A stretch of DNA of 64,000 nt from Firmicutes bacterium UBA911 (GCA_002294005.1 DBEH01000005.1:19475-83474), one strand, 5' to 3'. Positions 39,725-50,356 are shown, numbered from the stretch's first letter. The notes: generated by a model not told the origin, from the sequence alone. Translations and numbers: made by a program.

Positions 39725-39778
39725 CGACTCCGAGAAGTACACCGCAAAAAACAAAACCGCTTCCCGGGTCCGCCCCCG

Positions 39779-39825
39779 CATTTTCATCCCCGCATGAGCG
39801 ACGAGGGACCGTCGTGAGCGACTCC
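39779..39825. repeat. comE-region repeat copy 3
   Basis: cattttcatccccgcatgagcgacgagggaccgtcgtgagcgactcc. Confidence 0.8.
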
Positions 39826-39893
39826 TTGTATGACTGATCAAACGGTTGATTGTTTGCTTCGGGCGGGGCGGTCAAGTGTTTTTGCCCGCCGGA

Positions 39894-40151
39894 TCAGGCG
39901 TCGCCGCGCTTTTTTTTGGTTACCATAATGGCGCAGTCCGGACAGGCCAGGGCGCACAAGCCGCAGTAGTTGCAGGTCTCGCCGTCGACCGGCTCGATGG
40001 CCGGCGTCCCGTAGATGCCCAGCCTCTCGGACCAGTCCAGACAGCGCTTGGGGCACTTCTCCAGGCAAAGGCCGCAGCCCTTGCAAAGTCCCGGGAAAAC
40101 CACGAAGGTGCCTCCGGGAAGTTCCCGGGTCACGGGTTCAAAGCCTTCCAC
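39894..40151 (-). CDS. 2-oxoacid:ferredoxin oxidoreductase delta (ferredoxin) subunit
   Basis: CKGCGLCLEKCP and CNYCGLCALACPDCAI. Confidence 0.9.
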   Translation of the reverse strand: MEGFEPVTRELPGGTFVVFPGLCKGCGLCLEKCPKRCLDWSERLGIYGTPAIEPVDGETCNYCGLCALACPDCAIMVTKKKRGDA

Positions 40152-40152
40152 C

Positions 40153-40740
40153 TTAATTTCCGCCTCCTTTCAGAATCCCGTCCACCAGCTCCACGCCGCG
40201 TTCCAGGGCCCGGTGGTTCAGCTCCCGCAGCTTCGGGTCCTGTTCGAATTTATAACCGAGTCTTTTCTCCAGGGCCTTTTTGGCCTGGTCCACCGGCACG
40301 ACCCGCGTGGCCCCGATGACCGCGCCCATAATGACGATGTTGAACACCCGCGGGTGGAGTTCCGCCCTGGCGACGGCCACCGCCGGAATATTCAGGATGC
40401 GGCGGGCTGTTCGAGGCAGTTCCTCTTCTTTGATTTCGGCCAGGCCGTCGTAAATAAAGACCGTCTCCGGCCCGACGTACTGGCGGGTTCTCCGGACGGC
40501 GCGCTCGCTCAGAGCGACCACGATGTCCCCCTTCTCGAATTTAGGAGCGGCGACGGGCTGATCGCTGATCTGCAGGAAAGCCAGGCTCACGCCCCCCCGC
40601 TGTTCCACGCCGAAGGCCGGGATGTACAGGGCCTGGGCACCATCCTCGTAGGCCGCTTCGGCCAGGATCTCGGCGACCGCCTGCACCCCCTGGCCCCCTT
40701 CACCGGCGACGACGATCTTAATGGACCGCTTTCTTTCCAT
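40153..40740 (-). CDS. 2-oxoacid:ferredoxin oxidoreductase gamma subunit
   Basis: AGEGGQGV, FGVEQRGG, NIVIMGA, NHRALERG. Confidence 0.9.
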   Translation of the reverse strand: MERKRSIKIVVAGEGGQGVQAVAEILAEAAYEDGAQALYIPAFGVEQRGGVSLAFLQISDQPVAAPKFEKGDIVVALSERAVRRTRQYVGPETVFIYDGLAEIKEEELPRTARRILNIPAVAVARAELHPRVFNIVIMGAVIGATRVVPVDQAKKALEKRLGYKFEQDPKLRELNHRALERGVELVDGILKGGGN

Positions 40741-41494
40741 CTTCGTCCTTTCCGGCTGCCGCCGGCACTTTGAGTTCTCCGGTCCGGAAATGGGCCGGCA
40801 TTTTTTTCTCGAGGAACTCCCAGGTGTCCTTGGCGTTGGTCCGCCAGTTGGTGGGGCAGGTGGACAGCACCTCCACAAAAGAAAAACCCCGGCCCTCAAT
40901 TTGGTTTTGCAGCGCCCGTACCATCATTCTGCGCAGTTGGGGCAACTTGCTCACCGTACCCCGGGCGACATAGGCGTCCTCGCCGGTGATGGCGGCCACC
41001 ATTTCCGGCCCTTTGGCGGGGTGGCCGGTAGCCTCTGGGTCCCGGCCGTAGGGGGAGGTCTCCGTCTTCTGCCCCGGGAGGGTGGTGGGAGCCATCTGCC
41101 CGCCGGTCATCGCGTACTGCGTGTTGTTGGCCAGAATAACGGTGATCCTCTCGTTCCGGCCCGCCGCATTGACCAGGTGCTGGGCCCCGATGGCGTACCC
41201 CCCGCCGTCGCCCATGTAGGCGACGCAAATCAGTTCGGGGTTCGCCCGCTTGATCCCGGTGACCACCGGCGTGGTCCGCCCATGGTGAGTCTGTACGGAA
41301 TCGACATTGAAAAAGTCCCACGCCAGCAGGGAACAGCCGATGTCACACCCGAACACGACCCGGTCCTGGATCCCGAGTTCGTCGATGGCCTGCCCGAGGG
41401 CGCGCAGGGCGATCCCGTGCCCGCATCCCGGGCAGAACTTGTGTGGTTTGGTCTCCAAACGCCAGCTTTCCGGCATCGCCGGCTTGACCGTCAT
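40718..41494 (-). CDS. 2-oxoacid:ferredoxin oxidoreductase beta (TPP-binding) subunit
   Basis: FCPGCGHG, IGCS, HGR, GDGG, YAMTGGQMAPTT, STCPTNW. Confidence 0.93.
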   Translation of the reverse strand: MTVKPAMPESWRLETKPHKFCPGCGHGIALRALGQAIDELGIQDRVVFGCDIGCSLLAWDFFNVDSVQTHHGRTTPVVTGIKRANPELICVAYMGDGGGYAIGAQHLVNAAGRNERITVILANNTQYAMTGGQMAPTTLPGQKTETSPYGRDPEATGHPAKGPEMVAAITGEDAYVARGTVSKLPQLRRMMVRALQNQIEGRGFSFVEVLSTCPTNWRTNAKDTWEFLEKKMPAHFRTGELKVPAAAGKDEDGKKAVH

Positions 41495-41507
41495 CCTCCG
41501 GACCCTC

Positions 41508-41551
41508 CTTGAGCTTGCCAACCCTATGACTTGAGGCTTGCCGACCCTATG
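41508..41551. repeat. ~22-bp imperfect tandem repeat between alpha and beta genes
   Basis: cttgagcttgccaaccctatga / cttgaggcttgccgaccctatg. Confidence 0.65.
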
Positions 41552-41582
41552 GGTGGTGTGCTTAACCAGCAATCATCCCCGG

Positions 41583-42686
41583 TCACTCAGTCCGTGCTGA
41601 GGAAGCCGCCAGCTCCCGGCAGCGCGACGCGATTTCTTCCGCCGTGATACCCAGTCCCGGTTTGTACAGCGGGACCACGTCCACGGTCAAACCGTACAGG
41701 GCGTCCCGCACCAACCGGGCGAACTGCCCATAGGCCGACTCGACCACGAGCAGGCGCCCCGCCCGCCCGGCCGCCGTCCGGAGCGCCTCCGCGGGCAACG
41801 GGCGCAGGGTGACCGGCCTAAAATAACCCGCCTTGAGGCCCTCGGCCCGCAGGAGTTCCACCGCCTGTTTCGCCGCCCGGGCCACCACGCCGTGGGCGAC
41901 CACCAGGACAGCGGCGCCTTCGGCGCCGGACTCCTCATGCTCAACAATCTCCGGGGCCACCCGTTCGTACTCGGCGGCCTGTTCCAGGACCACCGCGTAC
42001 AGTTCCTCCTCGGTGTTGTAGGTGTTCCGGTAGTGTCCCGGCGGCCGGTCCGCGCCCGGCTTGCCCGGCCGCCCCACGTATGGTTCAGGTGCTACCGGTT
42101 CAATTCCGCGTTCCACCGGGTCATAAACGGTGAGTGGCTCGCGCATCTTGGCCTGGTAGCCGTCCGCCAGCACGAACACCGGAAAGCGGTAGCGCCAGGC
42201 CGTGTTGAAGGCCTTGATGGTGTGGTCGTAGAGTTCCTGGAGGCCGGCCGTGGAGTACACCACCCGGAAGCCTTCCCCGTTGCCGCCGAAAGTGGTCAGG
42301 GTGACTTCCTGTTGGGAATAGATGACCGTGGCCGTGGACGGGCCGCCGCGCTGCATCACCACCACCACGACCGGCAGGCGCATCATTTCGGCCATGGACA
42401 CGGGTTCCTGCATCAGCACGTTGCCGGGGCCGGCGGTGGCGGTGAAGCACTTTTTCCCCGCCAGCACCCCGCCGATGGTCGCAAAACCCGCGGAGAGCTC
42501 GTCCTCGGTCTGGAGAAAAATCTTCCCGTGCTTGGGCGCCAACCGCGTCCAGTAGTGCATCACCTCGTTCTGGGGCGTGATCGGGTAGCCGTACATCACG
42601 TCGGCGCGTGCCGCGACCGCCGCCCAGGCCACCACTTCGTTCCCGGTCATGAAGACCCGTTTTTCTGCCATCACCGCGCCGGACAT
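41583..42686 (-). CDS. 2-oxoacid:ferredoxin oxidoreductase alpha subunit
   Basis: MTGNE, YGYPITPQNE, QTEDE, TATAGPG, QRGGPST. Confidence 0.93.
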   Translation of the reverse strand: MSGAVMAEKRVFMTGNEVVAWAAVAARADVMYGYPITPQNEVMHYWTRLAPKHGKIFLQTEDELSAGFATIGGVLAGKKCFTATAGPGNVLMQEPVSMAEMMRLPVVVVVMQRGGPSTATVIYSQQEVTLTTFGGNGEGFRVVYSTAGLQELYDHTIKAFNTAWRYRFPVFVLADGYQAKMREPLTVYDPVERGIEPVAPEPYVGRPGKPGADRPPGHYRNTYNTEEELYAVVLEQAAEYERVAPEIVEHEESGAEGAAVLVVAHGVVARAAKQAVELLRAEGLKAGYFRPVTLRPLPAEALRTAAGRAGRLLVVESAYGQFARLVRDALYGLTVDVVPLYKPGLGITAEEIASRCRELAASSARTE

Positions 42687-42713
42687 CGGGGACACTCCTG
42701 ACATCTAGAAATG

Positions 42714-43382
42714 CTACCAAAAAGCGCGCGGCATAAACCGCCGCAGCGGGCGTACCGGATGGGCCGCCGGATCATACGGGCCGATTTCGGCCGCCACCGC
42801 CGCCGGGGCCGTGGTGGCCACCACCGGGATGCCCAGGCTGCGCCCGGCCGCCGCCACCAGGGCGGCCCCCGCCTGCACCACGGCCGCCGTGGTTTCCGAA
42901 CCGAGGTGCGTGTTGTTGATCAGCCCGTGCACCGGGCCCAGGTCCCGGACGTGGGCGACGATGCCCTCCACCGTCGCGGTCAGGGGCCGGCTGGCGTTGA
43001 TGACGGCCAGCACGTTGAACCACCGTTCATGCTCCACGCCCTCCACCAGGTTCAGCGCCTTCGCCCCCCCGACGCCGTAACCGACGTCGAAGACCACGTG
43101 CCCGGGACGGCGCAATGCCCACCGGGCCTCGGCCTTGAGGACGCTCCCGGCTTCTCCGAGGCCCAGCGTCCGGCGCGTCTCCCAGGCGACCACGTGAATG
43201 CCGGCCGCCCCGAGCTCCTCCTGGAGCGGGCGCAAGGTGTAGCAGGGTTCCACGGTGTCCAGATCGACCAGGGTCGCCGGTTCGCCTTCCCGGGCCAGTT
43301 CCAGCGCCCGATTCACGGCCACCTCGCTTTTCCCGGCGGCATATTCGCCCACATAAGCCTCCACGATGCGGATGCGCCTCAC
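42714..43382 (-). CDS. uncharacterised P-loop protein leading the oxidoreductase operon
   Basis: GEYAAGKSEVAVN Walker-A-like, VDLDTVEP, FDVGYG, NNTHLG; start approximate. Confidence 0.75.
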   Translation of the reverse strand: MRRIRIVEAYVGEYAAGKSEVAVNRALELAREGEPATLVDLDTVEPCYTLRPLQEELGAAGIHVVAWETRRTLGLGEAGSVLKAEARWALRRPGHVVFDVGYGVGGAKALNLVEGVEHERWFNVLAVINASRPLTATVEGIVAHVRDLGPVHGLINNTHLGSETTAAVVQAGAALVAAAGRSLGIPVVATTAPAAVAAEIGPYDPAAHPVRPLRRFMPRAFW

Positions 43383-43547
43383 CTCAAAGACCCAAAAAGA
43401 CAAGCCGGGCAAACACTCCCCGGCATAGAATCCCACCGTATGTACTTTCTCATCCAGCGCCCCCAGGCGATTTTTCTACCTTAGCCCGAGCCAAGCTGAA
43501 ACCGCCGTCCGTGCGGGGCACGGAGCCCGGCGGCGGTTCCCGCCGCG

Positions 43548-44474
43548 CTACAGCAGTTTTTGGACCGCGTTCACGATGTCGTCCGGTGTCAGGCCGTACT
43601 TTTGCAGCAGTTCATCGGGCCTCCCCGATTCGCCGAAGACGTCCTGCAGGCCGACCCGGAGCATGGGCACCGGGTAGTGTTCGGCCAGCGTCTCGGCGAC
43701 GGCGCTGCCGAGCCCGCCGATGATGCTGTGCTCTTCGGCGGTGACGATGAACCCGGTCCGCTGCGCGGCGTCCACGACCGCCTGCACGTCCAGCGGCTTG
43801 ATGGTGTGGATGTTCAGCACGCCCGCCTCGATTCCCTCGGCGGCCAGCAGGTCGGCCGCCTGCAGCGCCTGGCCGACCATGAACCCGCTGGCGATGATGG
43901 TGGCGTCCAGCCCCTGGCGCAGGGTCACCGCCTGACCCGGGACAAACTTGAAATCATCCCCGTGCAGGACCGGCACCCCGGCGCGGCCCAACCGGATGTA
44001 CACCGGACCGTCGATGTCCACGGCGGCGCGCACCGCCCCCGCCGTTTCCACGGCGTCGGCCGGCACAAAAACGGTCATGTTCGGCAGCACCCGCATCAAC
44101 GCGACGTCCTCCACCGACTGGTGGGAAGCGCCGTCTTCCCCGACGGTGATCCCGGCGTGGCTGGCGGCGATTTTCACGTTCAGCCGCGGGTAGGCCACGC
44201 TCTGCCTGATCTGGTCGAAAGCCCGGCCGGCGGCGAACACGGCGAAGGTGCTGCAGAAAGGAATCTTGCCGGCGGCGGCCAGCCCGGCGGCCGTGCCGAC
44301 CATGTTCGCCTCGGCCACGCCGAGGTCGAAAAACCGGTGGGGAAACCTTTTCTTGAATTCAATGGTCCTGGTGGACTTGGCCAGGTCGGCGTCCAGCACC
44401 ACGATGTCCGGATTCCCCGTGCCCAATTCCACCAGTGCTTTGCCGTACGCCTCCCGGGTCGCGATCTTCTGCAT
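43548..44474 (-). CDS. transketolase C-terminal subunit
   Basis: ATREAYG, LDADLAKST, GVAEANM, GEDGASHQ, HTIKPLD, EEHSIIGGLG. Confidence 0.94.
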   Translation of the reverse strand: MQKIATREAYGKALVELGTGNPDIVVLDADLAKSTRTIEFKKRFPHRFFDLGVAEANMVGTAAGLAAAGKIPFCSTFAVFAAGRAFDQIRQSVAYPRLNVKIAASHAGITVGEDGASHQSVEDVALMRVLPNMTVFVPADAVETAGAVRAAVDIDGPVYIRLGRAGVPVLHGDDFKFVPGQAVTLRQGLDATIIASGFMVGQALQAADLLAAEGIEAGVLNIHTIKPLDVQAVVDAAQRTGFIVTAEEHSIIGGLGSAVAETLAEHYPVPMLRVGLQDVFGESGRPDELLQKYGLTPDDIVNAVQKLL

Positions 44475-44536
44475 CTGCCAAACCTCTCACTTCTCCAAGA
44501 GATGTGGATTCCCCGATAACAACGCTTTTCCCGTGG

Positions 44537-45352
44537 TTAGGCCAGTTCCGCCAGGGCTTGGGCGACCTGGTCCCCCTTCGGGGCCACCCCGTGCCAGTCC
44601 ACCCCGTGTTCCATGAACGACACACCCTTGCCTTTGACGGTTCGGGCCACGATGGCCGTCGGCCGGCCCCCGGCCGACCGCGCCTTCTCCAACGCCGGCA
44701 GGATCTGCCCGAAGTCATGGCCGTCAATCTCGAGGACATGCCAGCCGAAAGCCCGCCACTTGTCCGGCAGCGGTTCGGTTGACATCACCTCGCTGACCGG
44801 CCCGTCGATCTGCAAGCCGTTGAAGTCCACAATCGCCGTCAGATTCTCCAACGCGTAGTGCGCGGCGGCCATGGCCGCCTCCCAGACCTGACCCTCCTGG
44901 CATTCGCCGTCGCCCAGAAGGGCGTATACCCGGTAATCCCGCCCATCCAGCCGGGCCGCCAGGGCCATGCCGTTCGCGGCCGACAACCCCTGCCCCAGGG
45001 AACCGGTCGACATTTCCACGCCCGGAAGTTTGCGCATGTCGGGGTGGCCCTGCAGCCGGCTGCCCAGCTTGCGCAGCGTGCTCAACTCCGCCACCGGAAA
45101 GTAGCCCCGTTCGGCCAGGGCCGCGTACAGCACCGGCGCGGCGTGCCCCTTCGAGAGCACAAACCGGTCCCGGTCCGGCCAGTCGGGCCGCACCGGATCC
45201 AGGCGCATCTGGTTGAAGTAAAGGGCGGTGACAATGTCGGCGGCGGAAAGCGAGCCGCCCGGGTGCCCCGATCCGGCCTCCGCCACCATCCGGACGATAT
45301 GCCTCCGTATTTCCCTGGCTTTTTCGGTAAGCTCGGCAACGATTTTTTCCAT
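44537..45352 (-). CDS. transketolase N-terminal subunit
   Basis: [38 protein letters not shown]; alternative start 45409. Confidence 0.94.
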   Translation of the reverse strand: MEKIVAELTEKAREIRRHIVRMVAEAGSGHPGGSLSAADIVTALYFNQMRLDPVRPDWPDRDRFVLSKGHAAPVLYAALAERGYFPVAELSTLRKLGSRLQGHPDMRKLPGVEMSTGSLGQGLSAANGMALAARLDGRDYRVYALLGDGECQEGQVWEAAMAAAHYALENLTAIVDFNGLQIDGPVSEVMSTEPLPDKWRAFGWHVLEIDGHDFGQILPALEKARSAGGRPTAIVARTVKGKGVSFMEHGVDWHGVAPKGDQVAQALAELA

Positions 45353-45551
45353 TTGGTCAAGCTCCACCCCCGGAAGAACTTCGGCCCGTGCGGCGCCGGT
45401 ACTTGACATTCTCCGGCGGCGTCCAGGCCCATTGCGTAGGTATTCCTTTCCCTCACACTAATTCCTGCATCCCGACACCCAAAACCTGAAGACCGCCGGA
45501 ACCAAAAGGGCGGGGAATTTCCCCGCCTGTCAGGTCTTTTCATTACCCCGC

Positions 45552-46656
45552 CTACTTCGACCGCGCCTTCCAGACCAGGTAGGCCTGGATGAACTCGTCG
45601 ATGTCCCCGTCCATCACCGCCTCCACGTTTCCCTTTTCGAACTTGGTCCGGTGATCTTTGACCATCGAATACGGGTGGAACACGTAGGACCTGATCTGGC
45701 TGCCCCAGGCGATGTCCGGCTGCTCACCCCGCAGGGCGGCGATCTCCTCTTCCCGGCGCCGCAGTTCCAGATCCAGAAGCTTCGCCGTCAACAGCTTTAT
45801 AGCGGCGTTCCGGTTGGCGATCTGGGAACGCTCGTTCTGGCAGGAGACCACAATCCCGGTCGGCAGGTGCGTGATCCGGACCGCCGAGTCCGTCTTGTTC
45901 ACGTGCTGCCCGCCGGCCCCCCCGGAACGGTAGGTGTCAATCCGCAAGTCGTCGGGATTGAGATCCACGGCCGCGCTCTCCGGGACCTCCGGCAGGACGT
46001 CCAGCGACGCAAAGGAGGTGTGCCGGCGCCCCCCGACGTCGAACGGCGAGATGCGCACCAGCCGGTGCACGCCCTTTTCGGCCCGCAGGTAGCCGTAGGC
46101 AAAAGGCCCGGACACCAGAAAGGTGACGCTTTTGAGCCCGGCTTCGTCGTCCGGCAGAATGTCGAGCACCTCGGCGGCATAACCGCGTTTCTCGGACCAG
46201 CGCAGGTACATCCGGAAAAGCATCTCCACCCAGTCCTGGGCCTCAAGGCCCCCAGCGCCGGCGTGCAGGCTCAAGATGGCATTCGCCTCGTCGTGGGGCC
46301 CGGAAAGCAAAAGTTCCAGCTCCAGCGCGGCCACGGTGCGGTCCAGCTCGGCCAGGGACCGCGCTACTTCCCGGGCGGTGTCGGAGTCCTCGATCTCCTC
46401 CCCCAACTCCAGCAGTACGACCGCGTCCTCGAAATCCCGGCGCAAGCCGTTGAAACCTTCCACCCGCCGCCGCAGCCCGGCCAGGCGCCGGGCGACTTCC
46501 TGGGCGCGCTCCTGGTGCTGCCAGAAATCCGGGGTCTCCATCTGTTTCTCCAGGGCGGCTATTTCCGTGTTCTTGCCGGCCAGGTCAAAGAGAGTGTTCC
46601 AGGTCGGCGATCCGCCACCGCAACTCCTCCGCAGTCTTGTTCAGCTCAACGTACAT
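45552..46656 (-). CDS. prfB: peptide chain release factor 2, programmed +1 frameshift
   Basis: ORF0 from ATG 46656 ends CTT TGA C (46590-46584); +1 frame continues DLAGK...; SPF and GGQ motifs. Confidence 0.96.
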
Positions 46657-46688
46657 GACCATCAATCCCCCATAAAAAGCGATAAAGG

Positions 46689-46810
46689 TTAGTCCCGTGG
46701 TTCCAGCAAGAGGCGGACACCGTCCAGAATCTCCCGTACTCGGTTACCGTAAACGGCACCGATTCTCTCGACCAAGTCCCGTTTGTCAACCGTGATTACC
46801 TGCGAGCGTT
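46689..46810 (-). pseudogene. 3' remnant of PemK/MazF toxin gene
   Basis: SQVITVDKRDLVERIGAVYGNRVREILDGVRLLLEPRD* resembles the MazF C-terminus; upstream frame is repeat-derived (KRGDCPPFF). Confidence 0.7.
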
Positions 46811-46819
46811 TTGCGTTGC

Positions 46820-46937
46820 GAAAAAAGGGGGGACAGTCCCCCCTTTTTTCGCCCAAGCGCACCTCCTCAAATCGGCCGCATGTGCCGGTCAAGACGTCCG
46901 CCTCCTCGGGTGAAAAAGGGGTCGGGCCCCTTTTTCA
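46820..46937. repeat. two short palindromic repeats between mazF remnant and secA stop
   Basis: gaaaaaaggggggacagtccccctttttttc (46820-46850) and tgaaaaaggggtcgggcccctttttca (46911-46937). Confidence 0.8.
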
Positions 46938-49646
46938 CCCCGCCGCCTGCTCGTCCTTCGCGGCGCAGCACTTTTTGTACTTCTTGCCGCTCCCGCACGG
47001 GCAGGGGTCGTTCCGGCCCACCTTCTTGTCGCGGCGCACCGGCTGGTTCGCCCTCTCGCCACCGGCGGCGTAGAGGTTCTCCTTGACCTGCCGGCGTTCC
47101 GCCTGCTGCGGCGGCGCCACGCGGACCCGGAAGAGCTTCTTGACCGTCTCCTCCTGGATGCTCGCGATCATGTTCTGGAACATGTCAAAACTCTCAAACT
47201 TGTATTCCACCAGCGGGTCTTTTTGCCCGTAAGCCCGCAGGCCCACACCCTCACGGAGCTGGTCCATGGCGTCCAGGTGGTCCATCCATTTCTCGTCCAC
47301 GATGCGCAGCATGAGCACCCGCTCGATCTCGCGCATGGTCTCCGGGCCCAGTTCCGCCTCCCGGGCCGCATAGGCTTGTTCCATCTCTTCCTGGAACAAC
47401 CGCCGCAGGTCCTCCCGGCGGAAGTCGTCGCGCTTTTTCTCCAGCCGCCTTTCGAGTTCCTCCACGGCCCACCGGTCTCCGGGCAGGATCTGGGCCACCG
47501 ACTCGGACAGGCCGTCATAGTTCCACTCCTCCGGGTAGACCCCATCCGGCGCGAAGGCGGCCACGGCCTGGCCGGCCACTTCCTCCATCATCTGCTCCAC
47601 CACCGGCCTTAAGTTATCCCCGCAGAGCACCTGGCGGCGCTGCCGGTAGATCAGTTCCCGCTGTTGGTTGATCACGTCGTCGTAGTTCAACACGTGCTTG
47701 CGGATGCTGAAGTTGCGGTTCTCCACCCGCCGCTGGGCGGTTTCCAGGGACTTCGAAATCAGCGGGTGCTCCAAGGGCGCGTCCTCTTCCAGCTTCAGCC
47801 GGTCCATGATCCCGGCGATATTGTCGCCCCCGAACAGGCGCAACAAATCGTCGTTCAACGCAACGAAAAACTGGGTCGCCCCCGGGTCGCCCTGGCGGCC
47901 GCAACGGCCCCGGAGCTGGTTGTCGATCCGGCGGGCTTCGTGGCGTTCGGTACCGATGATGAAAAGGCCGCCCAGCGCGACCACCCGGTCATGCTCGGCA
48001 TCGGTCTCCTTTTTGGACTCGGCGTACAGTTCGCGGTAGAGGCGCCGGGCCTCGGCCACTTCCTCCGTGCACGGGCCGTACTCGGCCGCCTCGGCGATCA
48101 CCTCGGGCGGGTAGCCCCGGCGGCGCATCTCCTGCAGGGCCAGGAACGACGGGTTGCCCCCCAGCATGATGTCGGTGCCGCGGCCGGCCATGTTGGTGGC
48201 GATGGTCACCGCCCCGATCCGGCCGGCCTGAGCGACGATCTCGGCCTCTTTCTCGTGATACTTGGCGTTCAAGACCTGGTGCGGCACTCCCCGCCTGGTC
48301 AGCATCCGGCTTAAAACCTCCGACTTTTCGATCGAGATGGTGCCCACCAGGACCGGCTGCCCCGTGGCGTGCCGGGCGGCGATCTCTTCGACTCCCGAAC
48401 GGAATTTGCCCTCTTCGGTTTTAAAGACGATGTCCGGAATGTCTTCCCTGACCATGGGCTTGTGGGTCGGCACGACCACCACGTCCAGCCCGTAGATCTT
48501 CTTGAACTCCTCGGCCTCGGTGTCCGCGGTGCCGGTCATGCCGGCCAGCTTCTCGTACATCCGGAAATAATTCTGGAACGTGACTGTCGCCAGGGTCTGC
48601 GACTCCCGTTCGATCTTCACGCCCTCCTTGGCCTCGATCGCCTGGTGCAGACCGTCGGAATAACGGCGGCCGAACATCAGCCGGCCGGTGAACTCATCCA
48701 CGATGATCACCTGGCCGTCCTTCACCACGTAGTCCCGGTCCAGCTTCATCAGCGCGCGGGCTTTCAGCGCCTGGTTCAGGTGGTGCAAGACCTCCTCGTG
48801 TTCCGGGTCGGACAGGTTGTCGATACCGAGCAATTCCTCGCACCGGGCGAAGCCTTCCTCGGTCAAGCTGGCCGTGCGCCCCTTCTCGTCGACCGTGAAG
48901 TGCGCCTCGGGCTTCAGCCGGGGCACCAGGCGGGCCATGGTGTAGTAGGTGTCCGTCGGTTTGCCCGACTGCCCCGAGATGATCAGCGGCGTGCGCGCCT
49001 CGTCGATCAGAATGCTGTCCACCTCGTCCACGATGGCGTAGTAGAGGTCGCGCTGCACCATGTCCCGGGGGTACACGGCCATGTTGTCGCGCAGGTAGTC
49101 GAAACCGAACTCGTTATTGGTGCCGTAAATCACGTCCGCCGCGTAAGACGCCTGACGTTGCCGCGCGTCGAGCCCGTGCACGATCAGCCCGGTGGAAAGG
49201 CCCAGGAAACGGTAGATGTGGCCCATCCACTCGCTGTCCCGCTTGGCCAGGTAGTCGTTGACGGTCACGATGTGCACGCCCCGGCCGGCCAGGGCGTTCA
49301 GGCAGGCCGGCAGGGTGGCCACCAAGGTCTTCCCTTCGCCGGTCTTCATCTCGGCGATCCGGCCCTGGTGCAACACCGCACCCCCCATGATCTGCACGTC
49401 GAAGTGCCGCATGTCCAGGACCCGGCGCGAAACCTCGCGGACCACCGCGAAGGCCTCCGGCAAAAGATCGTCCAGCGGCGCGCCCGCGTTCAAGCGCTCC
49501 CGCAAGACCGGGGCCTGCGCTTGAAGTTCGGCATCCGTGAGCCTCTCCATGCGGGGTTCCAGTTCGTTCACGGCCGTCACCACCCGCTGCAGCTTTTTCA
49601 CCTCACGGGCGTTGTCGTCCAGGAAATTCTTCAAGAATCCGAGCAA
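46935..49646 (-). CDS. secA: preprotein translocase ATPase SecA
   Basis: [35 protein letters not shown]-terminal [17 protein letters not shown]. Confidence 0.98.
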   Translation of the reverse strand: MLGFLKNFLDDNAREVKKLQRVVTAVNELEPRMERLTDAELQAQAPVLRERLNAGAPLDDLLPEAFAVVREVSRRVLDMRHFDVQIMGGAVLHQGRIAEMKTGEGKTLVATLPACLNALAGRGVHIVTVNDYLAKRDSEWMGHIYRFLGLSTGLIVHGLDARQRQASYAADVIYGTNNEFGFDYLRDNMAVYPRDMVQRDLYYAIVDEVDSILIDEARTPLIISGQSGKPTDTYYTMARLVPRLKPEAHFTVDEKGRTASLTEEGFARCEELLGIDNLSDPEHEEVLHHLNQALKARALMKLDRDYVVKDGQVIIVDEFTGRLMFGRRYSDGLHQAIEAKEGVKIERESQTLATVTFQNYFRMYEKLAGMTGTADTEAEEFKKIYGLDVVVVPTHKPMVREDIPDIVFKTEEGKFRSGVEEIAARHATGQPVLVGTISIEKSEVLSRMLTRRGVPHQVLNAKYHEKEAEIVAQAGRIGAVTIATNMAGRGTDIMLGGNPSFLALQEMRRRGYPPEVIAEAAEYGPCTEEVAEARRLYRELYAESKKETDAEHDRVVALGGLFIIGTERHEARRIDNQLRGRCGRQGDPGATQFFVALNDDLLRLFGGDNIAGIMDRLKLEEDAPLEHPLISKSLETAQRRVENRNFSIRKHVLNYDDVINQQRELIYRQRRQVLCGDNLRPVVEQMMEEVAGQAVAAFAPDGVYPEEWNYDGLSESVAQILPGDRWAVEELERRLEKKRDDFRREDLRRLFQEEMEQAYAAREAELGPETMREIERVLMLRIVDEKWMDHLDAMDQLREGVGLRAYGQKDPLVEYKFESFDMFQNMIASIQEETVKKLFRVRVAPPQQAERRQVKENLYAAGGERANQPVRRDKKVGRNDPCPCGSGKKYKKCCAAKDEQAAG

Positions 49647-49763
49647 GGGTGCCCCCCCTCACGTTCCCTTGGGTTGAATTGGAGGAACCCGCCGGTTCCT
49701 CCTTGACGCTCATTGATTTTAGCATTTCAACTAAAAATTTTCAAGGCCGGCATACAGATGCTG

Positions 49764-49799
49764 GAAAACGAGCGGGGGCCGGTCGTGTCCGGCCCCCGC
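49764..49799 (-). terminator. hpf terminator
   Basis: GCGGGGGCCGG-loop-CCGGCCCCCGC followed by TCGTTTT on minus strand. Confidence 0.7.
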
Positions 49800-49831
49800 G
49801 CCGCGGTTGGTACCGCTTTTTCAGTATCCTC

Positions 49832-50356
49832 CTAGCCGAAGTCGGGCTCAATCAGCCCGTAGTGCCCGTCCTTTCTCCGGTAAATCACGTTCACCTGCTG
49901 GTTCTCGGCATTGGCGAACACGAAGAAGCTGTGCCCCAACAGGTTCATCTGCATCACCGCTTCATCCACCGGCATCGGCTTCAGGGCAAACCGCTTGGTC
50001 CTGACAATGCGGTATTCGTCCTCGTCCTCCGCCGCTTCCCGCTCCCTGGCCGGCTCGCCCGCACCAGGCCGCCGGTTCAACAATTTGCCCTTGTATTTCT
50101 CCAACTGTTTTTCAAGTTTCTCGACCACCAGGTCTATGGAGGCGTACATATCCCCGGTCGCTTCCTCACCCCGCAGGATTAGTCCGTCGATGGGCACGGT
50201 CACCTCGACCCGGTGGGCGTCTTTCTCCACCGACAGGGCCACCTGGACCGAACCGAAGTGCTGGTCGAACTTCCCAAGCTTTGCCAGTCTCTTTTCCACG
50301 TACCCCCGGAGCGCGGGTGTAACCTCGATGTTCTTCCCGCGGACGTAAATGCGCAT
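49832..50356 (-). CDS. hpf: ribosome hibernation promoting factor (long HPF/RaiA)
   Basis: RGKNIEVTPALRGY, DMYASIDLV, KPMPVDEAVMQMNLLGHSFF, YRRKDGHYGLIE. Confidence 0.95.
   Translation of the reverse strand: MRIYVRGKNIEVTPALRGYVEKRLAKLGKFDQHFGSVQVALSVEKDAHRVEVTVPIDGLILRGEEATGDMYASIDLVVEKLEKQLEKYKGKLLNRRPGAGEPAREREAAEDEDEYRIVRTKRFALKPMPVDEAVMQMNLLGHSFFVFANAENQQVNVIYRRKDGHYGLIEPDFG

Noticed and set aside
36434-39825. CRISPR array or integron attC sites
   Set aside because: Copies are separated by whole genes (0.7-2.5 kb); no RYYYAAC/GTTRRRY boxes, integrase or cas gene.
43548-45409. Split transketolase as a frameshifted pseudogene
   Set aside because: Two-subunit transketolases are normal in Clostridia; both ORFs are complete with their own starts.
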